A stretch of 62,724 bases of DNA, filler included, from Phoronis australis (GCA_002633005.1; 5 parts of 5 records of this genome joined end to end with filler, not necessarily neighbours in it), one strand, 5' to 3'; shown: positions 25,655 through 38,835, counted from the first letter of the whole stretch. Made by a program: numbers and translations. The notes: generated by a model not told the origin, from the sequence alone.

Positions 25655-26250
25655 TTGTTTACAATCCGACTCCATTAACGTACCTACTTGATATTAACAT
25701 TTTCTGAATCCTCTCATCAGGGTGATCATGGTGATTCCAAAAATGTATTACTCGTACCGCTTAGGCTCTTTTTATTCATGCATTCACCGTTTTTACGAGG
25801 TGCTCATTTGCGGCAGCCGATATCAAGTGACCGCCATTATGAAACTGTGACGCCTGTCGACAGGAATCATAACTACAACGATCATACCGCGTGGCATGTT
25901 AGGTCAACTCTGAGTAAAAAACAGTAACATTTATAAAGGATTCCCTCTTCAAAACTTCATGAGAAAAAAACATGAGAGTATGTGTTCTCGCGGACAAATG
26001 TTGTCCTCGAAAACACTTGACATCTCGCGGTTAACCGTTAGTTATCAATCCTGCCGACAGGTGCCGCACTTTTAAAAATGGCTGCCTCACTAAATCCGCG
26101 TTGCAAATGAACGCCTTGGAAAAACTTGGAAATTGTGAATAATAATCGACCAATCAGTACAAGTAATGCATTTTTGGAATCACCATGACTAGAGGATTTA
26201 GAAAATAGTAGTATCAAGTATGTACGTTAATGGAGTCGGATTGTAAACAA
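25655..26250. mobile_element. MITE with long TIRs in the putative SKA2 intron 1
   Basis: ttgtttacaatccgactccattaacgtac and gtacgttaatggagtcggattgtaaacaa form a perfect 29-bp inverted repeat, extending imperfectly inward. Confidence 0.85.
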
Positions 26251-26475
26251 TAACCTCCTTTTCTTTTTGACTCTTTTAATTTCATCATTATTTTGCCTTT
26301 TTTCATACAAAAGTGTGTATTTCAGTTTAATTTCACAACATTGGTCATTCCAAGTGCTGACTAAGCACTTTCACTAGCCCAGTGTCAGTATCACTGAAAC
26401 TGCCTGTGGTCCATCCAAAATGTGGTTCCACTTGTCATTAGACAACTACCTGAATTACCATCGTCTCTGCTGAAC

Positions 26476-26886
26476 AGAGACGATGGAGCTCCTATAGGAG
26501 CTTCATACGCTGGAAGCTTTTCGGTGAATTATGCCTCGTACTGACTAAACGATCAAAGTCACGTTGTTATAAATACCTTAGGAGGTTGTCGATGTATTTA
26601 ATTCCTTCCAACTCGAACAAATATTCCTGTTATCAAACTTAAATTCTTCGAGCAATCCATCGTTCAGTTCCCAAAATCGTTAACTCGCCATTTTCACACT
26701 GCGCATGCTAGGGGATACTTACGTCATGCCACCTGCCACTTTTTATTCGACCAGTCCTTTGTTCAGTTTCTCTAATCAGCATCTGGTCATTTTTACCCTA
26801 TGTGTGCCAGCAGATAAATTTTCGCACTGTGCTCACCAAGAGATGCATCATATCTATGAAGGGCCTATTGGAGCTTCACAGTCTCG
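26476..26886. mobile_element. Foldback MITE (family C, copy 2, right arm decayed)
   Basis: Shares cttcatacgc.ggaag, attccttccaactcgaaca and cagttcccaaaatc..taactc.ccatttt with 24394-24900. Confidence 0.7.
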
Positions 26887-27593
26887 AAGGCTGGTCGAGA
26901 TTGTGGTCACTCTCTATTTCCTCGTTAGCCAATACTCAGCTCTTAAACAGAGATGAAGGTCCACTGGAGTGCTTTTCGGCACTTGGTAAAATGGATATAA
27001 AGCAAAGGACCTCGAGGAAAATTCTTGTTGAGTGTGTTAGTTACTAATCAAATCAAATTCCCTTGACAAGTTTAGAAAACCGCAAGTGGTCTTACTGGTT
27101 ATATAGCTCTTTACCTTCCTGTAACAACAACGAATTAAATCGTCTGCCATCTTCTACCCTCAGTTTTTAACCTAACGGTGTGATCAAATGATTCTAATGC
27201 CAACCAATGAGTGAATGCTTTAGTTCACGAGCACACCGCTAGGTGAAAAATGAAAATGGCGGAGTGACAACCGAAAAGTAAGAAGTCGAATTTTCGAGGA
27301 AATAAGTTCTTTTGAATAGATTGATTTGCGAGTAGTTATATCTGAATATTTTATTTCAGCAGATAAATGTGTTCGCACGATCGCAATTTCAACGTGTGCA
27401 GGTTAATATTTGGTGGGAAATTTGAGTGTATAGTGTATGCCTTAAATCTACGCTTTCACTGTGCCAACTTCCAACCCTGTTTAAGACTTGGTTTTCCGAC
27501 TAGATCGGTGTATGTTTTATATCTGATGTAACAGTTGATATCGGAACATATATATCATGATGCTCACAGTCCCATTCATGTGAAAGTGAATTT

Positions 27594-27706
27594 CAGGGCT
27601 TGGAATTTTCCGCGGAAACGCGGATTTCCGCTTTTTTCAAATGTGCTTTCCGCTTTTTTTATAATATTTCCGCGTAAAAAAATCGGATTTGATATAAAAT
27701 TTCCGT
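27594..27706. mobile_element. Family B MITE end truncated by contig end
   Basis: Close to the reverse complement of 41490-41603; begins CAGGGCTTGGAATTTTCCGCGGAAAC. Confidence 0.85.
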
Positions 27707-27806
27707 NNNNNNNNNNNNNNNNNNNNNNNNNNNNNNNNNNNNNNNNNNNNTTAATTAATTAANNNNNNNNNNNNNNNNNNNNNNNNNNNNNNNNNNNNNN
27801 NNNNNN
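27707..27806. other. Artificial contig-joining spacer
   Basis: 44 N + TTAATTAATTAA (stops in all six frames) + 44 N. The same spacer recurs three more times. Confidence 0.95.
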
Positions 27807-27845
27807 TATTTCCAAATTGTTGAGAATGATTTTTCAGAAGGATAC

Positions 27846-29090
27846 TTGTACGGTAACCCTAAAACACATAAGCCTAGGTACCCACTAAGACCCATCATTT
27901 CTCAAGTGTTAACGGTACCCCTACCTATGAAATTGCTAAAACATTAGATAAACTCATCAAACAATACTTACCTTATAAGTACAATGTGAAATCTCGTGAT
28001 GAATTTTTAGATTTATTAAGATCTATTGACGCAACACCAAATTCGTATCCTGTATCTCTTGACGTTGAAAGTTTATTTACTAACGTCCCTGTTGTCGAAA
28101 ATGTAGAAATTATATGTTCTATGTATAGCCATGTATCACAGGCTCCTTCCAGTATTCCCTAAGAGGTAATTCGAGATTTGCTGTTACTTTGTACTAAAAA
28201 AGTACCATTTAGAAACATCGATGGCAATTGTGTTTACAAACCAATGGTGTATCCATGGGATCACCTCTCGGACCAACTTTTGCTGACTTTTACATGTGCA
28301 ACCTTGAAACTAAGGTTATTGATAGTCTTCAGGAAAAGCCGAACATGTACTGCAGGTATGTTGTTGATATTTTTATGGTTGTCAACCATGAAAAGCTGAT
28401 GGAGATCAAACTCGCTTTAGAGCAAAATTCTGAATTGAAATTCACACATGAATTACCAGTAAGCAACAAGCTTCGGTTCTTAGACATACTTGTTGATTAT
28501 GATGAATCTGGCATTAAAACCTCAGTATACAGGAAACCTAAATATGATGGGGTTTGTTTACATGAAACCAGCCAACGTCCTCTGAGATATAAACTCTCTC
28601 TTTTGACGAGCTTTTTGAAAAGAGCATATTCTGTTTGTTCAGACTGGGAAACCTTTAACACTGAGTGTACAACTGTAATCGCATCAAGCAAATTATGATA
28701 AATAACGGCTGCAGTAATAAGTGTTTTGATGAGAATATGAACTTAAAGCTTTTCATAAGCCGCTTGCAGACGCCTGTGTGTTTAAAACAAATAGGTGGTT
28801 GTACTAAGAAACTATTCTACCGCAACCAATTCCATTCACGTTATATTGAAGATGAACGAGTTTTAAAACGGTCATCCATACTAATGTTAAGAAAGTTAAG
28901 CCAGAAGATACATGTAGCCTTTCGTTAATTATATATTACCAAAACCATGAAACTAAAGATCTTGTTGTTAAAAACAATATGTGCACAAATTCTGTCCGAG
29001 TGTTAGCCAAAACTGACTTGGTTTATCAGTCCAATTGCCCTCACAACGAATGTATTCGTTCAAACACCGATTGCTCAATGTACATGTACA
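27846..29090 (+). mobile_element. Degenerate Penelope-like element reverse transcriptase
   Basis: LYGNPKTHK..PLRPIIS, SLDVESLFTNVP, QTNGVSMGSPLGPTFADFYM, YCRYVVD (decayed YVDD), FLDILV, TSVYRKP. Several frameshifts. Confidence 0.9.
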
Positions 29091-29616
29091 AACAGCAATG
29101 GATTTCATGGCTGACATTGCTGAACAAGGGGTTATTTTTTCATAATGGTATTTTATTTGGATTTTGATCCACATGTTAATTAACAGTAGCTGCGTCCACT
29201 GACATAGTCACTTTACCGATACATTTATTAATATTAGACTTAATAACTGTATAGACAGACTAATTATAGTGAACTATTATCTATAGAGTTGATTGTTCTC
29301 TACCAGAAAAAATTGTATCTCTTCGGGCGATAAACTTACTATCTCTATTGATGCACTTGGCTTTAATATTTATTTGGATAGGCTTGCTATCTTGTTCTGT
29401 ATACTCTGTTGATAGAGTTAGGTATACCAATAATCAGTGCCATGACAAAATGATGGGTTGAAACACGTGTCCGTTAAAAGCTGTTTTCTTTTTCACACAA
29501 CGACAAACATGGGTGATAATTTATTATTGACAGAACATCACAGAAATGGTATAATTAATTGCGTGATATTGCCGCAAGAAAACCACCCGCGAGCCTGTCC
29601 TTGCGCTTCAGGAAAT

Positions 29617-32600
29617 TCATGGCATTCCACTGAGGATCTAGAAAAGAGAAATTAAGGCGTGCCTTGCATTTCACATGAGAAACTGAAAATCGAGGGACGT
29701 CAGTGCTAAATTAACTAAACAAGCGTGACAGAACTTAAGTGTTTCCTGCCGTGTACGATACTGTCTGTTTCAAACGCTCTAGCCACTGAGCCATCGGGAC
29801 CACTGGTCAGACACAGGCACGGTTAGCAGAAGGTTCTGGGTTCGAGTCCCGGTCGGGGGTAGAAATCTTTTCGGACTTATATTCATTAGGTCGCGTGATG
29901 TGATCAAGAAGATGGTGGATTGAACGGGATGAACTACTCGCAACCTATTCCACGCCTAATTGAATAAGATGATATTTACACAAGTGTCAAACTACAACAC
30001 CCGAAAACACTGTCTGACAATATGTTATTTAGCCTATGTTGAGTACATGTTCATTACTAGGATTTATCCGTCGATACATGCTTCGTAAGATTAGGAAAAC
30101 GAATCACAGCACTCAGACATCCTCCTAGGCGTTTAGTTCGGGAAGTCGTCAGATACTGCTGCTCGTTTTCCCGTGCTTTATGGTACAATAAGGAATGGTG
30201 AAGCGCTGCGTTTGTGGTGGTTGTAGCAACTTAGTATTTATGACAAAAGTTTGTACAAGAAACTCGTCTGTTGGTTTATATGACACACCGACGCTGGGTG
30301 CGTCCACATTCATGCTCGTGGACGAGCCAACAAACTTTTAAATGAATTCGCTTTTCTTCTTTTTTTCTAGCCCGGTCCGTACTACTCCTTATTTGCTAGA
30401 AACTTGCAGCGGAAAATGTTAGATAGAAATGGTGTCTTCTCGCTAAAATTTCCCAGTAGAATTCCTCTGCCTATCTTCCGCGACCAATGATTTCAGCAGC
30501 GGCCATTTTGTTCGTGTACTTTAATAAGGTCGCATGCTAGAGAAACACTATTTTTTCTGAAAACCATGATCTTGTATGATCTTTCTAACTGCGCGAAAAG
30601 TGTCCTTGCAAAAAGCATCTGTGAAAACGTATACTCACAACAGCCCAAACTGCGTCGTACTCAGCCTTGGTGGCCTGTCCATCGCCTGTAAGCAAGAGAG
30701 CATTCGTATGTAGAGAGCAATGCTGTCGGTAATGATTTGGGTGACTAATTCACTCATTGTGCACACAGCTGTCACTTAAAGCGACAATTCACACGCCTGC
30801 CATTGCATAAACAACTTTCGCAGTAAGAGCACAGTTGAACACCGGGGCTGAGTTGCATTAAGCTTCAAATTTTATCCACTGGATAAGTTTGATTGTTGCA
30901 TGACGTCAGGTCCATTCTTTAACAATAGCAACGTGACGCATGATAATGCGACGTCATTGTTGCTATACGGCGTATAACTTTTATGCAACTGGGCTCACGC
31001 GTCCCGTAGTTATTGTTGAACAATGCACCTAACGTCATGCAACAATCAAAGTTATCCATCGGATAACTTTTGAAGCTTTATGCAACTCAGCTCAAAAGTG
31101 ACCTCGATGTCACGACTGCATCCCTACGCGCACACATCATTTAATATTGGGGGCTCGAATTTCTGACGATGAGACACGGCTTTTGCTAACAAAAAGAGGG
31201 AGGACAAATAAAGGGCTGCCACGTCTTTTTAATAGTGGATTTTTCCTCGTTTCATCTCGGACTTATTTGTTCTCTGAGGCGGACGTTTTTGCCCACTTTA
31301 CCAAATGGGGGGGGGGCTCATTGGAGCCCCCTCTCCGGGTGCACGCATGGTATCCATTTCGTTTCTATACGCAATTGACGGATGCAGTATGACGGAACTT
31401 TTAAAATCAGTGTGGAATAAAATTATTTTTCTCTCTCAAACTGTACGTCTTACAGCATGTCTTCAACCGCAAAATACGTACACAGATGCAATGACCATCG
31501 TGGGCATCACCCACAGTTCCAAAACTATAGGCAAAATGCTTACAAATATAGTCCCGAGTACACAAAAGGGTGCTTGAAATTTGTGGTACTACATGTACGT
31601 CGTTTTTGGTTGTTTCATGTACATGTACAGGGAGCGGCCTTGAAGCATTTTAGACGGCTGCAATCTTGTCAATACTCAGAATTCTATGAAAATGTGTTTT
31701 GCCTACAACTTCCTCCTTACTCTATAACAACCAGCAAAACCGGTGGCATCGCTGGTCTATAATTGGCGTTTGCATCGTGACATCGGATAAAAGACTGGGA
31801 GTGGCCATTAACAAAACAAAGCTTGATGTCTGGCCTCTGAGAACCGGTATGGTCTGGAATAATACCTAAAGGTTTGTTGGTTGTACATGTAATGAACGGT
31901 GCCAAACGCCGATGGGCTGGACAGAAAAGAGTTGTGACGTGTAGCCATAAACCAACCACGGGTGAATGCCGTAGCTACCGCTGCTGGATATAGCAAATAT
32001 TACGACGCCTGATTTCCAATTTTGAAGACGTTGAATTTTTTCAATTAAATCAACTAGACACGGATTTTTTTGTCCTGGCAATTAATAATTTGTCCCAGAC
32101 ACAGGCAGATTTCCAGATTTTGCGCAGACTGATTACCTAAGTGGCAAACCAGGGTACGCGATCAAAAACTTTTCTCAAGACTTGGCTCGAAAATTAACTC
32201 ATCACATCACATGCAGTTGAATAAATACTCGCAGGACACATGCTTCGTGTCACCTCTTACCATCGACGTCAAATTTGAGGAAAACTCCAACAATTTCGTC
32301 ATCGCTCAATTCATCGTTGCTGTCCTTGTCAGCTTCGTCAAACACAAACAGCGACTCTTCATTGCTCATGCCGGTAGAAGCGGACCAGGCTGCCATAAAC
32401 TCCAGATTGGTCAAAATCCCATCCCCTAAAATGAATGCAAGACGAAATACATATAATTATGGTGGCGCTGTTATCGATCATAGTAATACTTGAAGAAGAT
32501 GGTGACGATGTTGATGACGACCTAGGTGACGCTGCGCGACTCTTGGTGACGATGACGATAATTGAGGGTTACAGATAATAACAATGGCGATCACGATGAT

Positions 32601-34649
32601 GACGTGTGCTTTAAATCAATAATCATGACACTAAAAAGAACTAGTAGAAAAAGAACGTCATTGACAACAGTCGGATTAAATTTGAAGAACCAACGAACCC
32701 GTCTTTTGTCGTGGAACAATACTGGGTTTTGACGTATACCATTTTCCCTTATAAACTTTGTCTCGACTTGTACATGTACCTTAATTAATTGCTCAAATGA
32801 GAAATGATTAGGAGGCTAATATTTCAAAGAAACAGACACTAGTCTTTTCAAAAAAATAATAAAAACCAAAACTCTTGTGCACGCGCAGGTCTCCACATCA
32901 CCTCCCTTATAGTTTAAGTCAAACGACAGAGTCGAATCTAGACTGTCGTAAGGGGGCCATTCTCAAAAAAAATGTTCTCGTAAGCCTCCAAAACGGACAT
33001 GAAGACGGCATTTTGGGCTCCGGTGTTTGGTTGCTTTGCCATATTTTGACGATGAGAAAAATGTGAGAAATAAAGCCACGAAATTTATGAGCCCAGAAAA
33101 GGTCACATCTACACCATGTGACTGGTCACATGACAAGATCGTCTGGGCCTCCTGGAGTTCACTGCCGTCCAGGGCTGATGTTATAAGTACCAAAATAATT
33201 GCTCTTACACTAAGATAGTTCGAACCTGTATCGGCCTCAGCAATAAAACAGCCACGAAATTTATGTTTTCATATCGCTGTTTACACGCCGTTGCAATGTT
33301 GCCTCAGCTAGCAATAGGCCTCACTGAAACACTTCTCGAACTAAAGCGTACGCTTTCAACATCCCCAGACGAAAAATACGTTAATAGTGAACGGTTCCTT
33401 ATCCAATCGTTACGTAACATCACGCAATCCGTCCCAGGTGCTTATTCCTCGCTCATGCGCAATGAAATATTTTCAATGTACGTATAGGCCTACATCGGTG
33501 TACATGTTGCTTAGTGCGTGAACAACCACCCTAAAAAGCTGAAGAGGATCCAGATTCGGTATTCGAGTTGGGGGGGGACGTTCACTGATCGTTGCGAATA
33601 AAGTTGACTAAATAAAAGTTGACTTAGCTGTACGTCACATTCTGTGATTGACCTATTTTTGCGTATGGCACGTGATGCAGTGCCAAGCCGTCGGCCCCAT
33701 GTGACATTTTGTAGCTGTGTTTTCGGTAAGAAGAATCGTAGAATATTTCTCTCAAAATAGACGGACCCTCCAGTAGAGTTCAAGATTAATAAGATTATGG
33801 GTAAATAACTTACCGTTGATGTCAAGTCGCTGAAAGGTGCCTCTGAGCTCAGCCAACACAATGGCGCCACTGCCATCGACGTCGACCTTGGCAAAAGACG
33901 CGTCGCGATCAGAGTCGCTCCTAAATATCAGAAAACATGTATACAAATATTGCATTAGAGTCTTTTATACACGCCATACTAAGAGGACGGGACTGCCAGA
34001 TAGGCATAATTATACGAGGATGTCGGGCTTTCGATAATAGGAATAGACCGAGGAGGGGCGATTGCCGAGAGGCAATTTTTATGTGCGCTAACTGCAAAGC
34101 GACTCGAAGTTACTTGTAATTTTCATTAAAACAAAACACAGGAGATGAAATAAAAGATCGTAGGTTATGACGATGCAAAGGGGAATATAGTAAATAAAAT
34201 GCGAATTGTATAACTCGAGAAACTATTACTAGTGGGTGACAACTGAACATGCCACAGATCAATGCAGAAAGGAAGCGCTTGAGAGCTTTGTTCAATTATT
34301 TAGTGCACGTCAGGTTTACAGCTGAAATTCGTAAACACTCGGGCTACTTTTAGAGACTTTACGGGACAGAACGCTTACAAATTGATTGTAATATTATAGT
34401 CAAATTAATTCTCTTTATCCATGGGTGGACCAGGTACATGAAGGTGTGTGTCAGAGCGCATTTGCACTTGTGTTCCGTCTATTCAAATCTCTGGTGAAGA
34501 TTAAAATTTCTGTCGTAAAATAAATACCTGACCGCAGACTCCGGCCGGAAAAGGAGGATTGTGAAGTAACAGTGCCCTCTGTGGTCTGGAAATGTTACTT
34601 ACCATGCGAACACAGCGGCCACAAGGGAGAGGAGGATAACACACTTCAT
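29617..34649 (-). CDS. Secreted four-EF-hand calcium-binding protein, 128 aa, complete
   Basis: Exons 34649-34603, 33920-33814, 32425-32261, 30685-30639, 29637-29617 (387 nt, phases 2/1/1/0, all GT-AG). Protein: MKCVILLSLVAAVFAWSDSDRDASFAKVDVDGSGAIVLAELRGTFQRLDINGDGILTNLEFMAAWSASTGMSNEESLFVFDEADKDSNDELSDDEIVGVFLKFDVDGDGQATKAEYDAVWAVILSGMP*. AATAAA on minus at 29525-29520. Confidence 0.9.
29771..29918. mobile_element. Second, partial copy of the head-to-head tRNA-derived element
   Basis: Same junction (ctctag.ccactgagccatcgggacca.tg..ca.acacag) and the same arm (ggttctgggttcgagtcccggtcgggg..gaaatcttttc.gactta) as 18328-18596. Confidence 0.75.
30845..31094. mobile_element. Foldback MITE
   Basis: gctgagttgcat.aagcttcaaa.tt.atcc..tggataa.tttgattgttgcatgacgt is mirrored at 31030-31093. 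Confidence 0.8.
31124..31349. mobile_element. Small hAT-like MITE (family D, decayed copy)
   Basis: Homologous to 36992-37253 (gggggctc.aat.tctgacgatg; ctcggactt; ggcggac.tttttgcccactt). Confidence 0.65.
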
Positions 34650-35052
34650 GACTGTAGCTGAAACAAAGGCAAGTTGTATACAATAATATCTCCAAAATGA
34701 GAATTTCAATACGCGTTTTAAATTCAGAGAAACGGCCCGCCTCAAGGTGTAAAGTCTATAATGGTTTCAGCACACTATGCGAAAGTGGGCTACTAGTCGG
34801 CTGTCATGCAAAATTTTCGCCTTGTAGTGAGTTTCGTCTAGTGTGTGGCGGAGATTCGAATGTGGAAGAAACTGTCTCGCTGCGTTTTTTTTTGCTGCAA
34901 AAGTTTCTCTGGAACGCGATAGACAGACTAAATTGAACTGAATCTCTGTCACTGGAGCTGGTATTTTTAGGGCTTTTTCGTGAAGCTAATAAATTTCTGT
35001 TGATATAAAAGCGTTTTCTTTTAGTATCAAATTTCAAAAATAAAGAATCTGT

Positions 35053-35416
35053 CAACTGGTCGCTACTTCAATCGTTGATTTTTCTCCCACAAGGCAAAAT
35101 ACATCTCCTGATTTGCTATGGAAAGACATAGATGTAGCACATACCCCTTTTATGAAAATGTGACCTTTGACCTCAATCAAATTCACGCAGGCGACTGTGA
35201 GCGCATGCGCACCTTTATCATAAGTGGGAGGGAGATTAGAAACTCTGTGGTAACCACAAAGTTTTTCCTTCGCGCTTATATCAAAAACGTGAATTTTGTA
35301 ATTTTTTTCTGAAAATTTAGCCACAGGGAAAAGTGAATTTCTCTGCTAGATTATATTTACTGGGTAATTGTTTAAGTATCATTTTTGACGAGCTTTCGCG
35401 TTCCATGCCTCTTTAA
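35053..35416. mobile_element. Kolobok-like element end (family E)
   Basis: Ends ttccatgcctct|TTAA. Shares caactggtcg, aagacataga, gtgacctttgacct and gagcgcatgcgcac with 50980-51382. Confidence 0.55.
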
Positions 35417-36991
35417 TGAGCGCCGATCCACAGTTGACTAGAGCTTTCATGCAGTGAAACAAGTGACACCACGTGCTAGGATTGAAATATATATGTACAT
35501 GTATAGCACTTAACCGCGAAATCTGGCGCAACATATTGTAACGGCCTTTTAGGTTAATTTAATTTCAATAGGCAAAACGAAAACTAATTTCTGAATGGAA
35601 AACAAAATAAAAAAAAATGTTCGAAGTTCCATTTTCGATACAAAAAGATGAAAATCTGAATATCGATTGATAAAAACACAATTTCCACGGATTCAATTAA
35701 CATGTTTGATTAACCTTAATGAACGCACAGATTGAAACAATCTGCATTCCTAAAACCGCGTTGAGGTGAGATGTAGTAAAATACTTTCTAAACTCTATTA
35801 CACCAACCTCAACACAGCGTTTCGGTTGGTCATTTCTCCGGCCATCTTCAGGTCAGGTTGCAGCGTTCGAAGAACGCACATGGTTATGTGGTACACGCAT
35901 GACATGGTGACCAATTATGAGTACATTTTCCACCGAAAAAACGTGATTGATCGCGAACCCCAAGAGAGTGCCACATGTACGTGCTCTTTCTTCTAACACG
36001 CTGACATCTAAAGATAACAGAAAAAACGACCAACCGAAACGTACTCACACCAATGTGAAATTCTTAAACTCTAGGTTGGTGCAACTAAACCAATATGTAT
36101 CAGGACTGATGTAAGGAAAAAGGTTTGTCCATAGACTCATCCAGCCAAAGGGTTCAGACCTCAGATCGTACAACTTTCCTCCAAGGGGTCTGACTTTTTT
36201 CATGACTACCTGTCCTTCTCAGGAAACGCAATTCAGTCGTTACGAGCACCGCAGTTGTTACAAAAAATGTGGACTGCAGTGGAAGATTTGAAGTGGGGTC
36301 AATGGGGCCATGGTCCCCCAAAAAAATTCTCCCAGAATTCATTTGGCTGTTTGGGGGTGCGAATGTATGAAGGCAAAATCCTGGCTAATACTCTACCCTG
36401 CCTCATCAACCTCCAAATCCTGGATCCGCCCATGGACTGCATAGTACGAACAGGTTTGATATATCGTATCAAGCGCGTACCACATGCAAGTATTTACAAC
36501 TCGACGTGCCTCCAAAGTGAAAAAGTTGCCGTACGTGAGAAACGAAATGTGTAACAAAGAGTGGGATTGCGGTACGTGATTAAACCACATCTCGTGCAAA
36601 AAGAACTGAATTGAAGAGAAAACAATGCTAATGATAATTCCGTATCTTTGATCCGATTGAGGAAAGGCGATTTCTACACTAAAACAGATACGACCGCAAA
36701 CTGCTATGATTGAACAGCAATTCCGGCTTATACAACATAGGTTTCGGACTCACACAAAACAGTGCTCTGGTCCAGTAGCCACAGCAGGACCCTCCCTCAG
36801 TTGTGTCTATTGCGCCAATCGCAGCAGGGGGTGAAAATTATGGCGATCGGGGGCTTCGGAAAGTGTGTCCATGAAAAGAAGCCTACGTTGACATCCTCAC
36901 TAACGAAGAACGGACAACACGACCTCGAAATGTTTGCAATGTGAAGAGACCGTGTAGTTGTTGGCAATGACGTTGTCCCCCAGTTAAACAG

Positions 36992-37253
36992 CATGCGCGC
37001 ACCCAGCCTTCAATATGGGGGGCTCAAATGTCTGACGATGTGGTCCTTTTGCCGAGAAAAAAGCGGCGGGACTAAAAATAAAAAAGAAGTACTACTTTCA
37101 GAACTGTGAACTCTGCGTTTGCGCCTTTTTAGTGGACTTATTGTCTCGTTTTCTCGGACTTCTTGTTTTTCTGGGGCGGACCTTTTTGCCCACTTCGCCG
37201 AATGGAGGGCTCGTTCGAGTCCCCGGAGCTTTCACCAGTTGAGTGCGCGCATG
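36992..37253. mobile_element. Small hAT-like MITE (family D) with 5-bp TSD
   Basis: TIRs CATGCGCGCAC / GTGCGCGCATG; AACAG directly duplicated on both sides. Confidence 0.85.
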
Positions 37254-37897
37254 AACAGACTTATCATAAACAAACTAAAGGCGACAAAAGTATTTTTAAA
37301 TTTTCATTTTGAAAGTTTTTAAATAGCAAATTTGAATAGTTCGTGAAAATTACACGTGGTTATATTTTTGAATTGTGAAAATCTAGCACCTAATCTCTTG
37401 TACAATGTTACCAAATTATGCTTCTCATTAATTTTGCTGAGGATGAAACAAAATTGGGCAAACTACCAGATCAGCAGGCAGCAGTTGGATTTTGAGGTGT
37501 GCAGAGTGCCAACATACAATTTTTGGCATGGAGGGGATAAAAGCAACAGTTCTGACGACTAGGAAAAGGTCAAATTACAAGGGCTTCCAAATACCATAGC
37601 TTAGGGACCTCCAAGCCGCCTAAGTCCACCACTGGGCTATAAATCTATTATACAATATTATACAAGAAACACTAATCAAGAATATATTTCATCGCCAGCC
37701 ACATTTCCCTTTAAACAACTTTCTTTCAGTAGAACCTTTCAAGCAGACTGTATGCTCTCTCTCCGATTTAGCTAGTTAAATTGTTAATTAAAAAGAAATG
37801 CTCAAATAACGGAGACTGCTCGATAACGTCTCTCTTTTTCAAATACAGATAGTCTAGCATAAAGTGAATCTTTAACGAAGTGGATTAGAAAACTTAC

Positions 37898-37950
37898 CTG
37901 GTGTCACTTGTTTAAGAGTGGAATATCAACGTACGTGTCCCGTATTTATA
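37898..37950 (-). promoter_or_regulatory. TATA + Inr core promoter and short non-coding exon 1 of the EF-hand gene
   Basis: TATAAATA at 37950-37943; Inr CCACTCT with A+1 at 37919 (31 bp spacing); a ~22-nt exon ending CAG|GTAAGT at 37898. Confidence 0.7.
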
Positions 37951-38767
37951 AAGTCTGGGAATGACGGCAGTTAGTGCGAACTACACACGTGCCCGATAAC
38001 AACCCACGACATGAAAAAACTTTGAGAGACGGTATGACTCATGGGCAAATGAAATTGGGGACAGGGGGTCGAGCTCCCCCTTCCCCGCCACTCATGAATT
38101 TGGGGGGAGGGTAGTCCCTCTCCACTCTGGACGTGGGAGACGGGGTGCTGAAGGTACGTGCCCCAAATAATTCGCAGGGGTGTCTTTGAAATCAACGTGA
38201 TCACCGGCACATACGAGTAGTAGGGGGGAAAAAGAGGACAGAACAGGAAACTACCACGCCTGGATTTACGCTATTATGCATGCCCTAGCCTGAATATTTT
38301 TGTAAGGGGGGGCCTTGTTTTAAAAATACAGTGTATTCTGTTTGCGCTAATTGAAAACGTGTTCTGATTACTTCGAAAATGTCCGAGATAACTTGTTATG
38401 CACAGATTTTGCAGCACAATATTCATTCAGAAGACTATTCTTAATTTAAAGAACCCACAGGGACTCTTCTCTGACAACGGATAACGTAGTCATCCGTCGC
38501 TCTTTGTTTTCATTTTTGATAGTTTATGTTACGTAGATCCCAGCTCTTGGAGGGGCCCGCTGATAGCATTTATATGGCTACCTTGTCCCTATTATCTTAT
38601 TACCCTTTTTGTTAAGAAGACACTCAGGGAGAGGGTCCTCATGATGGAATCTTGNATAAGGCTCTTCAGAGATGACGGTCACCCTACACGTGTAGTGTAT
38701 CTTCCACCTACACGGGCGGCGCAGCACTGAAAAAGTGGGGGTGCTACCTGAATTTGGAGTAAATTCG

Positions 38768-38835
38768 TGGTGGTGCAGTGGTAAAGCACGCGCACTTTAT
38801 CCGAGTCCGACAGGTCGTGAGTTCGAGTCCGTGAG
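38768..38835 (+). repeat. tRNA-derived (SINE-head-like) fragment
   Basis: A box TGGTGCAGTGG and B box AGTTCGAGTCC, but no convincing cloverleaf or acceptor stem. Confidence 0.5.

Noticed and set aside
25284-27706. miR-301/454-like hairpin in SKA2 intron 1, as in vertebrates
   Set aside because: I saw no matching seed-bearing hairpin; the inverted repeats present are MITEs.
32963-33193. Possible extra exon of the EF-hand gene (ALDGSELQEAQ...)
   Set aside because: Weak acceptor and no clear donor; including it would break the EF2 loop formed by direct joining of the flanking exons.
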